This document shows positions 1-9,240 of a stretch of DNA of 64,000 bases, one piece after another. The notes under the pieces were generated by a model that saw nothing but the letters and a program-made list of their open reading frames with translations, searched no databases and had not been told where the DNA came from. This stretch comes from Nannocystis bainbridge (GTDB lineage: Bacteria; Myxococcota_A; Polyangia; Nannocystales; Nannocystaceae), in NCBI RefSeq assembly GCF_028368995.1, contig NZ_JAQNDL010000002.1:545724-609723 (forward strand). The letters are read 5' to 3'. The translations under genes and the position numbers were made by a program. How positions within the stretch are numbered: the stretch's first letter is position 1; each line of letters opens with the position of its first letter.

Positions 1-806
1 CAGCGCGCACGAGCGAGGCCCAGGCGCTCGCGCAGGTTGCCCCGCTCGCTCCACCACACCAGGCCGAAGTACTGCCAGGCGTGGAAGAAGTTCATGATGA
101 AGAACGCCTCGCCGAAGCTGTTGAAGCCCCAGGTGTAGAGCGAGCAGGCGCCGGTGAACACCAGCAGGGCGACCTTCTGCGGCGAGACCTGGTAGCCGCG
201 GCGGTGCAGTCGCACGTAGGCGAGCACGTAGACGAGCAGGTAGAGCGCGCCGCCGAAGAGCAGCGCGGGCGCCCACGAGGCCTGGTGTGCCTCGGCGAAG
301 ATGGGGATCTCGCGCACGGCCGTGGCGCCGACGTGCTCGAACGCGGCGAACGGCTCGAGGTGATCGAGCAGCGTCGCGCCGGCGAGGATCGGACCGACGT
401 ACAGCAGCAGGTTCAAGCCGAGGTCGAGGCGGCGGCCGGCGTCAGGCGGGTTGCCGCGACGCGCGTCGTAGATGCGTCCGAGCCCGAAGGTCTGCAGGCT
501 CGAATGCACGACATCCCACCAGACCGTCAGCACGATCGCCGTCGCCAGCAGCCAGTCGGACGCGCACAGCAGGAACAACAGTACGAACGGCACGGCGACG
601 AAGCGGCGCGGGTGGCGAGCGAAGATCTGCCGGTTCAGGTGACTGCGCACGAACACGAGCCCCAGGTGCGCGAAGATAAAACTGCCGATGAAGATGCTCG
701 TCACGGTGCCGTGCCGGCCCCACAGCTCGAGCTCTTCGTCGGCGAGCGGCGTGCCGGAGATCGTTATCCCGAGGCCCAGCGCCAGCAGCGGCGCACCGAT
801 GAACAT
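1..806 (-). CDS. multi-pass integral membrane protein, partial (C-terminus beyond window start)
   Basis: Reverse-complement translation from ATG (fwd cat 804-806) reads MFIGAPLLALGLGITISGTPLADEELELWGRHGTVTSIFIGSFIFAHLGLVFV...LLVYVLAYVRLHRRGYQ...FFIMNFFHAWQYFGLVWWSERGNLRERLG with no stop down to position 1. It has several hydrophobic helices. It is absent from the ORF track because it runs off the window. The + ORF 81..1103 is its antisense shadow. Confidence 0.55.
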   Translation of the reverse strand, partial: MFIGAPLLALGLGITISGTPLADEELELWGRHGTVTSIFIGSFIFAHLGLVFVRSHLNRQIFARHPRRFVAVPFVLLFLLCASDWLLATAIVLTVWWDVVHSSLQTFGLGRIYDARRGNPPDAGRRLDLGLNLLLYVGPILAGATLLDHLEPFAAFEHVGATAVREIPIFAEAHQASWAPALLFGGALYLLVYVLAYVRLHRRGYQVSPQKVALLVFTGACSLYTWGFNSFGEAFFIMNFFHAWQYFGLVWWSERGNLRERLGLARAR

Positions 807-1140
807 CACGGCGTCGTAAAACGGCCCGGCGATGAACGGCCCGCGCACCGTCGCAGTGTACCGGGCAACGACTTCGGGATCAGCTTCTCGCGCGTGTTCG
901 GGACCACGAGCATCACCGGCCAGGCCGGAGCGTACCTGCGCGACGTCTTCTGCGGGCCGACGACCGTGCCGTCCAGCAACGCGACGTCGCTCGACAACTA
1001 CGGCGTGCGGCCGATCGAGGCGCCTCCGCCAGGTCAGTGCGAGTTGTTAGCGAGCGAACGCGGCGGTCCTGGCAGCCGCAGGGGTGCCAGCTCGGCAGCT
1101 TGATCGCGGCCGCGGGCGAGCTCGGTGTAGGGGTGAGCTG

Positions 1141-1851
1141 TCACCAGTGCCACTTGCCCTTGCCCTTGTGCTTGTGCTTGCCCTTGTGCTTATGCTTGTG
1201 CTTGTGGATATGCACGGTCGGGACATCGATGACGATGACGCCGACATAGACCGGGCGGACCGCGAACAGCCAGCCGTAGAACGCCGGACCGCCCGTGACC
1301 ACGATCGTGTCGTTCTGGACGACGATCGGGACGTCGTAGTCGTACACGATCGTGTCGTGGCCGATGACGCAGGGCGCGTAGGTCGCCTTGACCACCAGGG
1401 TGTTCGTCGTCTTGTCCGGCGCGAAGTCGATGAAGGCGACGATCAGGGCGTTGTCCTTCTCCTCCTTCGACGACGGGATCACGTGCAGCTCGAACACGAT
1501 CTCGTCGTTCGGCTTCTTGACCTCGACGATCTGGATCTTGTCGAGCTTGCCGTCGCCGTCGATGTCGATGCTGTGCAGCTTCTCCTTGGGATTGTTGAGC
1601 TGCTTCTCCAGCACCTCGGCGTCCTTGACCTTACCCTTCTTGATCAAAAAGTTGATGGTCTCGAGGTCGAGCGCCTCGGGCTTGATCTGGGCCTCGACGT
1701 TCGCCTGCACATCGACGGCCGCGACCGCTGCGGGCTCGTCGGCCTGCTCCGAGACGGGTTCACCCTTGGACTTCGCCGCGATGACGGCGTCGCACGCGAA
1801 AGAGGAGGAGGTGGCGGCGACGATCAGTGCGCACAGGAAGGGCTTTGTCAT
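1141..1851 (-). CDS. lipoprotein with EF-hand-like DxDxDG loop and C-terminal His-Lys dipeptide repeat tail
   Basis: Signal peptide plus Cys (LIVAATSSSFAC), an IDIDGDGKLDKIQ Ca-binding-like loop, and C-terminus HIHKHKHKHKGKHKHKGKGKWHW. Composition is protein-like, unlike the antisense + ORFs. Confidence 0.75.
   Translation of the reverse strand: MTKPFLCALIVAATSSSFACDAVIAAKSKGEPVSEQADEPAAVAAVDVQANVEAQIKPEALDLETINFLIKKGKVKDAEVLEKQLNNPKEKLHSIDIDGDGKLDKIQIVEVKKPNDEIVFELHVIPSSKEEKDNALIVAFIDFAPDKTTNTLVVKATYAPCVIGHDTIVYDYDVPIVVQNDTIVVTGGPAFYGWLFAVRPVYVGVIVIDVPTVHIHKHKHKHKGKHKHKGKGKWHW
1147..1206 (-). repeat. hexanucleotide (CTTGYG)n coding microsatellite encoding the HK tail
   Basis: Forward strand reads cacttgcccttgcccttgtgcttgtgcttgcccttgtgcttatgcttgtgcttgtgg, about 9 units. 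Confidence 0.7.
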
Positions 1852-2282
1852 GGGGGACCTCGAGCGACAGTGCCTTCGACAGGCGCCGCCCTGGTCATTC
1901 TAAACGCAGATGCGGTGGCGAAAGCGCGACGAGCGGGCTCTGCCCGAGAGGGGCGCGGAGGTCGCATCGCCCATGCCCTCGCAGCAGCCGGCTCAATGCT
2001 CGCACACGCCGCCGAGCTGCATGCAATCACCAGGCATGCACGTATTCGAGTTCGGGCCGCGGTCGAGGCCCGCGGAAGTCGGAGGGTGCAGTACATGCGC
2101 CGCACTTCGTCGTTTGCGGGTCTCCATCTTCGAGCGCAGTCGTCGTCATGCATGGCGCCTCGCGGCCCGCTCGGTCTGCTCGCGACTCGCTCGGGGCCCT
2201 CGGTCCGCAATTCCATGCAACGGGCGATTCGCTCGGCGCGATGAAGGCGACGGCACGCGGCTGTCGCCGTCCGGGGGCGCGG

Positions 2283-3257
2283 CTATTGCCGGGTGTGGGC
2301 GACGCCTCGCAGCTCGGCGGTGAGCGGCGGAGTGACGCCGGTCCAGGTGAGGCCGTCGGGGCTGTAGGCGATGTTGCCGCCGACGCCGACGGCGACGTGG
2401 CGCTGGCCGTCGCTGGCGACGTCGTTCAGGTTGGTCAAAAATGGCGAGGGCCGGGCGACCCAGGTGATGGCGTCGGTGGAGGCGAGGATCTGGCCGCCGC
2501 CGCCGACGGAGATCCAGCCGCCGGGGCCGTAGGTGATGCCGCGCGGGTCGGCGGCGAGGTTGAAGAGCGGGGTGTAATTCCAGTTCAGGCCGTCGCCCGA
2601 ATAGGCGGACTTGATCGGGCCGAGCATGGCGAAATTGGGGGCACCGTGGCCGAGCGCGCCGTAGCGATCGCCGGTCGGGCTGCCGTCGATGCGCTGGACC
2701 CAGCCGACGCCGTCCTGCCAGTTGAAGGCGCCGAAGTTCATGGCGTCGGCCTGGTAGTTGCCGATGGCGACGAGGGTGACGCCGTCGCCGGCGAGGTCGA
2801 TGAGCATGTGCTTGGGCGCGGGCAGGTCAGGCCGGGTCCAGGTGATGCCGTCGTCGGACTGGAGCGTCTCGGCGCCGGCGCTGTAGTCGCCGCCGACTGC
2901 GATGAAGCGGGTGCCGTGCCAGCGCACGGCGTAGAGGTCGCGCGAGGAGGGGCTCGAGGAGGCGCTCCACTCGACGCCGTCGTCGGAGTGGAGGATCTTG
3001 CCGGCCTGGCCGACGGCGACGTACATCTCGGCGCCGTAGGCGACGTCGTTGAGGGCGGTGGTGATGCCGGAGGTGGAGATGGTCCACTGGGCGCCGTTGG
3101 CGGAGCGCACGATGGCGCCGGCGTCGCCCACGGCGATGAAGAGGTCGACGCCCACCGGGCCGCCGGTGCCGCTGTCGCTGTCGGTGTCGCCGGCAGGCGG
3201 GAAGAAGATGCAGCCGGAGACGGCGAGGACGAACGACGCGACGACGACGCGGAACAT
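2283..3257 (-). CDS. BNR/Asp-box repeat (sialidase-like beta-propeller, Ycf48-like) lipoprotein
   Basis: Lipoprotein signal VLAVSGC. Repeated SxDxGxTW Asp-boxes: HSDDGVEWSA, QSDDGITWTR, YSGDGLNWNY, YSPDGLTWTG, RSANGAQWTI. Confidence 0.8.
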   Translation of the reverse strand: MFRVVVASFVLAVSGCIFFPPAGDTDSDSGTGGPVGVDLFIAVGDAGAIVRSANGAQWTISTSGITTALNDVAYGAEMYVAVGQAGKILHSDDGVEWSASSSPSSRDLYAVRWHGTRFIAVGGDYSAGAETLQSDDGITWTRPDLPAPKHMLIDLAGDGVTLVAIGNYQADAMNFGAFNWQDGVGWVQRIDGSPTGDRYGALGHGAPNFAMLGPIKSAYSGDGLNWNYTPLFNLAADPRGITYGPGGWISVGGGGQILASTDAITWVARPSPFLTNLNDVASDGQRHVAVGVGGNIAYSPDGLTWTGVTPPLTAELRGVAHTRQ

Positions 3258-3583
3258 GGCCCGGCAAAGCTAGCCGCGCGCGCCACGGGTGTCGAGGCGC
3301 GGCGCGGCGCGGCGCGGCGGCCCGCGGTGACGCGCGCCGACGCGATACCGGCGACGGATGACGTGGGTCGACGTTCGGCGCGGGGAGTGAGCGTGACGAG
3401 GCGGAGCGCGTGGCCGCACCGAGCCGGGTCGAGGACGGATGCCGAGCTCCGCGCGGAGGCTTCACGTCACGCGTCGGAGCCCTGTGCGCGGTGAGGCTTC
3501 GCGCGGACGCTCGGGTCGTGCTCCTCACTCGCGGGCCAGCTGTCCCGAAGGACATGTGGGCCCGGAGCCGCTGCGGCGGCCCT

Positions 3584-4165
3584 CTAGCTGGTCGCCTGCG
3601 GCAGGCGGCGGGGGCGGCGGTAGGGGGTGTTCTCCAGCGGGTTGTCGCCGACCAGCGAGGGGCCGAGGAGGTGCTCCATCAGGTTGAGCAGCTCGATGCG
3701 CTCCTCGTCGGTGCCGCGGGCGCGCGCGAGGTCGTAGAAGAAGGCCGGGATGGTGAGGGCCATGAACATGGCCACGAGGCCCAGCTTGGGGCCGGTGAGG
3801 CCGGTGAGGCCGAGCCAGGCCAGGCTGGTGGCCCACATGATCCAGAAGCTGGCCTGGCGGGCGAACGGGCCGCGGGTGAAGCGACACTGCACGGCGGTCC
3901 CCTGGGGCATCGGCACGAGCTCGGCCTCGAGGGTCATGCGGCGCATGATGGCCGGGCCGGTGTCGACCACGCCGGCGGTGACGTTCTGGCACACGCGGAA
4001 CTTGCGCGCGCCGAGCTCGGCGAGGAACCGGCGGCGGCTGCGGCTGCGGGCCGGGAAGCCCTCGAGCACCTGGATGTTGGCGTCGCCGCGGAGCCGCGCC
4101 AGGACCTCGGGGGGCGCGAGGTCGACGTGGTAGGTCAGCGCTTCGGGCAGGGCGCGCAGGGGCAC
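3584..4165 (-). CDS. hypothetical protein with C-terminal hydrophobic helices
   Basis: 193-aa ORF with natural composition and a WIMWATSLAWLGLTGL...LVAMFMALTIPAFFY segment. It lies 90 bp downstream of the SEDS gene on the same strand. Confidence 0.5.
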   Translation of the reverse strand: MPLRALPEALTYHVDLAPPEVLARLRGDANIQVLEGFPARSRSRRRFLAELGARKFRVCQNVTAGVVDTGPAIMRRMTLEAELVPMPQGTAVQCRFTRGPFARQASFWIMWATSLAWLGLTGLTGPKLGLVAMFMALTIPAFFYDLARARGTDEERIELLNLMEHLLGPSLVGDNPLENTPYRRPRRLPQATS

Positions 4166-4256
4166 GTGCGCGCGAGTATTGGCGATTTCCCCGGCGCTCG
4201 CCAGCGACTCGCGGTTCGGGCGACGCGCAGCGGGCGTGCGCCCGCTCGGCGGCGGC

Positions 4257-5588
4257 TCAGGAGCGCGCGACGCGGGCGTTGCGGCGAGGGCCGGCGGTGA
4301 CGGTGGCGGCGCGCTTCCACGGCCACCAGGCGCGGCGCGGCGGCTCGGCGGAGCGCTGGCGCCGGTCGGTCCGCGCCGGGCGCTCGGCCGCGGGGGCGCG
4401 GCTGCGCTGGTCGCTGATCCGCCACGGGCGCGGGCGGCGGGAGATCGAGAGCAGGATCCCGGTCGCGCCCATGCTGACGAGCAGCGAGGAGCCGCCGTAC
4501 GACAGGAACGGCAGGGTGATGCCCTTGGCCGGGATCACGTCGAGGACGACCGAGATGTTGATCAGGGCCTGGAAGCCGAACAGGGCCGACAGGGCGACGG
4601 CGAGGTAGGTGCCGAAGCGGTCGGGGGCGCCGCGGGCGGCCACGAGCCCGCGCCAGACCAGCAGGCAGAACAGGCCGATCACGGTCCACACGCCGACCAG
4701 GCCGAGCTCCTCGGCGATGCTGGCGAGGATGAAGTCGGTGTGGTTCTCGGGCAAAAACCCGAGCTTCTGCCGGCCGGCGCCGAGCCCGAGGCCCCATGTG
4801 CCGCCCGAGCCGACGGCGATCAGCGACTGCTGGATCTGGTACGACTGCTCGCCCGAGAGGAAGTCGAGCAGGCGGCCCTTGCGGAAGCCGACGCCGACGA
4901 TCTGCGACCAGGCCAGCGGCGCGGCCAGCATCATGGCGGCGACCACGTAGGTGATCCGCGTGCCGGCGACGAACAGCGCGGTGAGCGTCACGGCGCCGAG
5001 GAGGATCGTGGTGCCGAGGTCCTTCTCGAGCAGGACCAGGACCATGGTCAGCGAGGCGATCAGGAGCGGCGGGAGGAAGCCGGCCTTGAAGCGGCGCACG
5101 CGCTCGCCCTGGCGGGCCAGCATGGCCGAGAGGAACATCGCCAGGAACACCTTGGCGAGCTCGCTCGGCTGGATGTTGATGCCGGGGGCGCGGATCCACC
5201 GGCGGGCGCCGTTGACCTCGTCGCCGACGGCGAGCACGAGCAGCAGGCCCATGAGGCCGATGCCCATCAGGTGCGGGGCGAAGCGGCGGAAGATCCGGTA
5301 GTCGAGCCGCGACGTGAGGACCATGACGCCGGTGCCGAGCGCGAACAGCACGCTCTGGCGGCCGAGGAAATACTCCCAGTCGTGGTAGCGCACCCGCGCG
5401 GTGTAGACGCTGGCGCTGTAGACCATGACGAGGCCGAGGCAGGCCAGCGACATGGCGGCGAAGAACAGCCAGGGGTCCATGGCCCGCCGCTCCTCGCCCG
5501 CGTCCGCGACGAGCGACGGCGAACCCTCCTCGGGGTCGGCGACGAGGTCGCATCCCGGGTCGGGGGCCGCGGTCTCGTTGGGGGTCAC
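4257..5588 (-). CDS. SEDS-family peptidoglycan glycosyltransferase (FtsW/RodA/SpoVE)
   Basis: Motifs SELAKVFLAMFL, QSYQIQQSLIAVGSGGTWGLGLGAGRQKLGFLPENHTDFILASIAEELG, and GATGILLSI. About 10 TM helices. An alternative start MDPWLFF lies at about 5480. Confidence 0.88.
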   Translation of the reverse strand: MTPNETAAPDPGCDLVADPEEGSPSLVADAGEERRAMDPWLFFAAMSLACLGLVMVYSASVYTARVRYHDWEYFLGRQSVLFALGTGVMVLTSRLDYRIFRRFAPHLMGIGLMGLLLVLAVGDEVNGARRWIRAPGINIQPSELAKVFLAMFLSAMLARQGERVRRFKAGFLPPLLIASLTMVLVLLEKDLGTTILLGAVTLTALFVAGTRITYVVAAMMLAAPLAWSQIVGVGFRKGRLLDFLSGEQSYQIQQSLIAVGSGGTWGLGLGAGRQKLGFLPENHTDFILASIAEELGLVGVWTVIGLFCLLVWRGLVAARGAPDRFGTYLAVALSALFGFQALINISVVLDVIPAKGITLPFLSYGGSSLLVSMGATGILLSISRRPRPWRISDQRSRAPAAERPARTDRRQRSAEPPRRAWWPWKRAATVTAGPRRNARVARS

Positions 5589-5800
5589 GCCCAGGGCCCT
5601 CGCACAGGTGCGCGCGCGAGGCGAGTTTTCGGCGCAAACCGGGGGGCGCGCGGGCGCGCAGCGCCAGGTTGACAGCCGGGCGTGTCAACTTGACCGGAGG
5701 TCGTGCCCAAATGGCGCCGGAGCGGCCTCGGAGGGGCTTTTTGACGCTGTCGGCGGGGACTTGCGCGAGCCGGGGGGGTCGCGTCATCCTCACGGAGTCC

Positions 5801-6952
5801 ATGCAGTTCTCGCGTCGTCCGCTCCACGGCCTGTGCGTCGTGCTCGCAGCCTCGCTGATGGCGCCGCCCGTGGCCGCCGCGCCAGCGAAGACCCAAGACG
5901 CGCCGGCCGGCACCGCCAGCTCGAGCCGGCCGATCGACGCCGACATGCCGGACGCCGGCGACGAGGCGATCCCCGACGACGCGCTCGAAGAGGGCCAGGT
6001 CGCGGCCGGCGCCCGCGCGACGTCCGGCGCGGGCCCGAAGACCGGCTCGGGCCTCTCGATGTCGCGCAAGCCCAATGTCGGCTCCGACACGCTGGCCCTG
6101 CAATTCGACGCCGAGGCGTCGGCCCGCTTCGACGAGGGCAACTACCGCGAGGCCGCCCGCATGTGGGTCAAGGCGCTCGACGTGCTGTCGGAGAACGAGT
6201 CGAACCACTCGGTCCGCTCGGCGATCCTGCTCAACGCGGTCACCGCCTACGAGCAGCTGTTCGTCGAGTCCGGCGACGTCGACATGCTCAAGCGCGGGCA
6301 GGTCATCATCGCGGACTACCTGCGCGCCTGCAAGAAGCGCTACGGGACCGCCTGCGAGCGCTACCCGGAGACGATGGACGCCCGCAAGCGCCTCGAGGAG
6401 CTGATCAAGCGCATCGAAGAGGTGCAGCCGAAGATCAAGAAGATCCCGCCCGAGATCGACACGGCGCCGGGCGGCCGGCCGTACAACCGGGCGATCACGC
6501 AGCCGTCGGCGCCGGCGTGGATGGGGGCGTCGTTCGCGGTCGGCGTGGCGCTGATCGGCGGCGGCGTGACGCTGGCCTACTGGGCCCGCACCAACCCGAA
6601 GTTCAAGGAGACGGACGCGGACGCGCTCGAGTCGCAGCTCATCCGCTTCCGCGACGAGACCGACACCGGCGGCACCGACGACACGGGGACCGACGGGACC
6701 GACGGGACCGACGGGACCGACGGCGCCCCGACGTCGGGGACGACGCAGATCGAGCTGGCCCCGAAGGTCCGCGGCGACCTGGCGACGGCCGCGGGGGTGT
6801 TCCTGGCCGTGGCCGGCCTCGGCCTCATCGTCATGGCGTCGGTCAAGCTGGCCAAGCACCGCCGGATCAACCGCGAGCGGGCGTCAGTGCTGTCGGTGTT
6901 CCCGGCGTTCACGCCCGGCGGCGGCGGGCTCGGGCTCACCGGGCGGTTCTAG
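5801..6952 (+). CDS. secreted/membrane-anchored hypothetical protein with (GTD)n repeat
   Basis: ATG at 5801. Signal peptide MQFSRRPLHGLCVVLAASLMAPPVAAAP, a TM segment (WMGASFAVGVALIGGGVTLAYW), a TDTGGTDDTGTDGTDGTDGTDG repeat and a second C-terminal TM. Confidence 0.7.
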   Translation: MQFSRRPLHGLCVVLAASLMAPPVAAAPAKTQDAPAGTASSSRPIDADMPDAGDEAIPDDALEEGQVAAGARATSGAGPKTGSGLSMSRKPNVGSDTLALQFDAEASARFDEGNYREAARMWVKALDVLSENESNHSVRSAILLNAVTAYEQLFVESGDVDMLKRGQVIIADYLRACKKRYGTACERYPETMDARKRLEELIKRIEEVQPKIKKIPPEIDTAPGGRPYNRAITQPSAPAWMGASFAVGVALIGGGVTLAYWARTNPKFKETDADALESQLIRFRDETDTGGTDDTGTDGTDGTDGTDGAPTSGTTQIELAPKVRGDLATAAGVFLAVAGLGLIVMASVKLAKHRRINRERASVLSVFPAFTPGGGGLGLTGRF

Positions 6953-7024
6953 GGCCTGTCCCCGCGGACAGGTGCGAGAGGGCATGTCCTGGCGGGCATG
7001 TTCTTGAGGGCAGGTGCCCGAGGG

Positions 7025-7206
7025 CATGTCCTCGGGGGCATGTCCTCGGAGCATGTCCTCGGAGCATGTCCTCGGAGCATGTCCTCGGAGCATGTCCTCG
7101 GAGCATGTCCTCGGAGCATGTCCTCGGAGCATGTCCTCGGAGCATGTCCTCGGAGCATGTCCTCGGAGCATGTCCTCGGAGCATGTCCTCGGAGCATGTC
7201 CTCGGG
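7025..7206 (+). repeat. 13-bp tandem array GCATGTCCTCGGA x ~13 (half-site of the GGACATGTCC palindrome), flanked by inverted-repeat hairpins
   Basis: Perfect units at 7038, 7051 ... 7194, with degenerate units upstream. The left flank has ggcctgtccccgcggacaggtgc and the right flank gacaggtgcgggggcacctctgtc. It is intergenic, between a stop at 6952 and the fghA start at 7319. Confidence 0.9.
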
Positions 7207-7318
7207 GACAGGTGCGGGGGCACCTCTGTCGCGGTGAGCAGGCTCGGCAGCAGCGGGCGGGCCGCGGCGCTCGCGGCGGGCTACCGCGCGGGGCCGCCCG
7301 GTGCTAGGGTCGCGGGTG

Positions 7319-8164
7319 ATGGATCTGCGGACGATCAGCGAGAGCCGCTGCTTCGGCGGCGTACAGGGGACCTACAGCCACGCTTCGACATCGACCGGGA
7401 CGGAGATGCGCCTGTCGGTGTTCGTGCCGGAGCAGGGCCGCTCGCGCGCGCTGCCGGCGGTGATCTTCCTGTCGGGGCTGTCGTGCACCGAGGAGAACTT
7501 CACGGTCAAGGCGGGCGCCCAGCGCTACGCGGCCGAGCTGGGGCTGATCCTGGTGGCGCCCGACACGAGCCCGCGCGGGCCGGGCGTGGCCGACGATCCC
7601 GCGTATGACCTGGGCCAGGGGGCCGGGTTTTACGTCGACGCGACGGAGTCGCCGTGGGAGCCGCATTTCCGCATGTACTCGTACGTGGCGACGGAGCTGC
7701 CGGGCCTGATCGCCGGCAACTTCCCGCTCCGCGCCGGGGCGCTCGGGATCATGGGCCACTCGATGGGCGGGCACGGGGCGCTGGTGGCGGGGCTACGCGA
7801 GCAGGCGACGTTCGGGTCGGTGTCGGCGCTGGCGCCGATCGCCACGCCGTCGCAAGTGCCGTGGGGGATCAAGGCGTTCTCGGCGTATCTGGGGCCGGAG
7901 GCGCAGCGGTGGCGCCCGTACGACGCGACGGCGCTGGTCGAGGACGGGCTCACGCGCAAGGACCCGATCCGCGTCGATCAAGGCGAGGCGGACAAGTTCC
8001 TCGGCGAGCAGCTGCGGCCGGAGGTGTTCGCGGCGGCGTGCGAGCGGGCCGGCCAGCCGGTGACGGTGCACCGGCACGCCGGCTACGACCACGGGTATTT
8101 CTTCGTGGCGACGCTGGTCGGCGAGCACCTGCGCCACCACGCCGAGCTGCTCGCGCGGCGCTGA
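7319..8164 (+). CDS. fghA: S-formylglutathione hydrolase (esterase D family)
   Basis: N-terminal MDLRTISESRCFGGVQGTYSHASTSTGTEMRLSVFVP and the active-site motif GHSMGGHGAL. About 280 aa, typical for this family. Confidence 0.85.
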   Translation: MDLRTISESRCFGGVQGTYSHASTSTGTEMRLSVFVPEQGRSRALPAVIFLSGLSCTEENFTVKAGAQRYAAELGLILVAPDTSPRGPGVADDPAYDLGQGAGFYVDATESPWEPHFRMYSYVATELPGLIAGNFPLRAGALGIMGHSMGGHGALVAGLREQATFGSVSALAPIATPSQVPWGIKAFSAYLGPEAQRWRPYDATALVEDGLTRKDPIRVDQGEADKFLGEQLRPEVFAAACERAGQPVTVHRHAGYDHGYFFVATLVGEHLRHHAELLARR

Positions 8165-8230
8165 GGCTTCGCGGCGGCGACGGGTCGTGAGGCGAGGTAT
8201 CGGGGGCGCGTGCTCCGCTAGTTCGGCTCT

Positions 8231-8336
8231 TGACCCGATGTCGTGAGCAGGACCGCGGGCAGGCAGACTCCCGAGCACGGCTCATGACGCGATGTCGTGA
8301 GCAGGACCGCAGGCAGGCGGACTCTCGAGCACGGCC
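8231..8336 (+). repeat. tandem direct repeat, ~54 bp x2
   Basis: tgacccgatgtcgtgagcaggaccgcgggcaggcagactcccgagcacggc is followed by tgacgcgatgtcgtgagcaggaccgcaggcaggcggactctcgagcacggc. It lies between convergent genes. Confidence 0.8.
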
Positions 8337-8362
8337 CGCGACCTCTCGGATGGCCTGGCAGA

Positions 8363-9103
8363 TCAGGGGAACACGAGCTCGATCGCAGTCGTGCCCGGGA
8401 AATCGAGCATGGCCTCGGCGACCCGCCCCGTGCCGGACAGCGTGCCCGTGAGCTCGCACCAGCCGTCTTCGTTGGCCGCGCAGGAGCAGTCGCCGCACTC
8501 GATCAGGGTGTCGCTGGCGAACGCCTCGAGGCCCAGGAGCCCGGGCGCGACCTGCTGCTCCTCGAGGCAGGACGTGTTGTCGCAGAATTCGCCCGCGCAG
8601 GCGGCGGGGACCGCGAATTCGACGAAGTGATTGCCGGTCCACACGAGGTCGAATCGGCCGCCCGGCTCGAGCCGCACGACCTCGGCGGAGCCGCAGCCGT
8701 CGCTGCAGCCGCACGAGGACTGCATGCCGGCGCAGGTCTCACAGGCCAGGGCATCGACCCGCAAAAGCCCGGCGTCGGCCGCCGCGAGGACCACGAACGG
8801 ACGATTGCCGCAGCCGTCGTCGGGCTGGAAAAACAGCGGGGTCATGCCGCCGTTGCGCAGGGTGAGCGTGACCTCCGGTCCGGCGGGGAGCGTCGAGGCG
8901 CCGCACTCGGCCGGGGTGTCGGTGGTGCCCGCGGTGCTGGTGGGATCGGCGTCGGTCGTGGGCGTGCCGGTATCGCCGGAGGTCGAGGGACCGTCCGTCG
9001 CGGTGATGGAATCCGAGGCGCTCTCGGTCGCCTGCTCTTTTTCACCGCACGCCGCGAACACGAGCCCGAAGAAGGCTGCCAGTCTGTAAAGATCAAGCTT
9101 CAT
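8363..9103 (-). CDS. cysteine-rich secreted lipoprotein
   Basis: Signal MKLDLYRLAAFFGLVFAAC, a Ser/Thr/Asp-rich linker, and a Cys-rich C-terminal domain (CETCAGMQSSCGCSDGCGSAE). Confidence 0.75.
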   Translation of the reverse strand: MKLDLYRLAAFFGLVFAACGEKEQATESASDSITATDGPSTSGDTGTPTTDADPTSTAGTTDTPAECGASTLPAGPEVTLTLRNGGMTPLFFQPDDGCGNRPFVVLAAADAGLLRVDALACETCAGMQSSCGCSDGCGSAEVVRLEPGGRFDLVWTGNHFVEFAVPAACAGEFCDNTSCLEEQQVAPGLLGLEAFASDTLIECGDCSCAANEDGWCELTGTLSGTGRVAEAMLDFPGTTAIELVFP

Positions 9104-9240
9104 GGCGGCATGTTAGGCCGAAGGGACCGCGGTGACGAGCGGCGGGAGTTTCGGCGACGCGTCGGGTGCGGTCGACGGCGCGGAGCTGCAGCGCCTCTCG
9201 GCGGGTGCGGTAAGACGTCTGGCTGCGCCCGCGCCGGCTG

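Noticed and set aside
806-997. 63-aa minus ORF overlapping the membrane-gene start
   Set aside because: It is short with no motif. It may be the true N-terminal extension after a frameshift, but I cannot support that from sequence alone.
81-1103. 340-aa + ORF and overlapping small ORFs
   Set aside because: It is antisense to a convincing membrane-protein frame on the minus strand, and its composition is R/E/A-rich junk.
7025-7206. Possible CRISPR array
   Set aside because: The units are contiguous with no unique spacers. The 13-bp unit is far shorter than CRISPR repeats. There are no cas genes.
6884-7307. ORFs encoding repeated MLRGHAPRTCSED / CPRSMSSEHVLGA peptides
   Set aside because: They are translations of the 13-bp tandem array. 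A period of 13 nt is not a codon multiple, and the region is intergenic.
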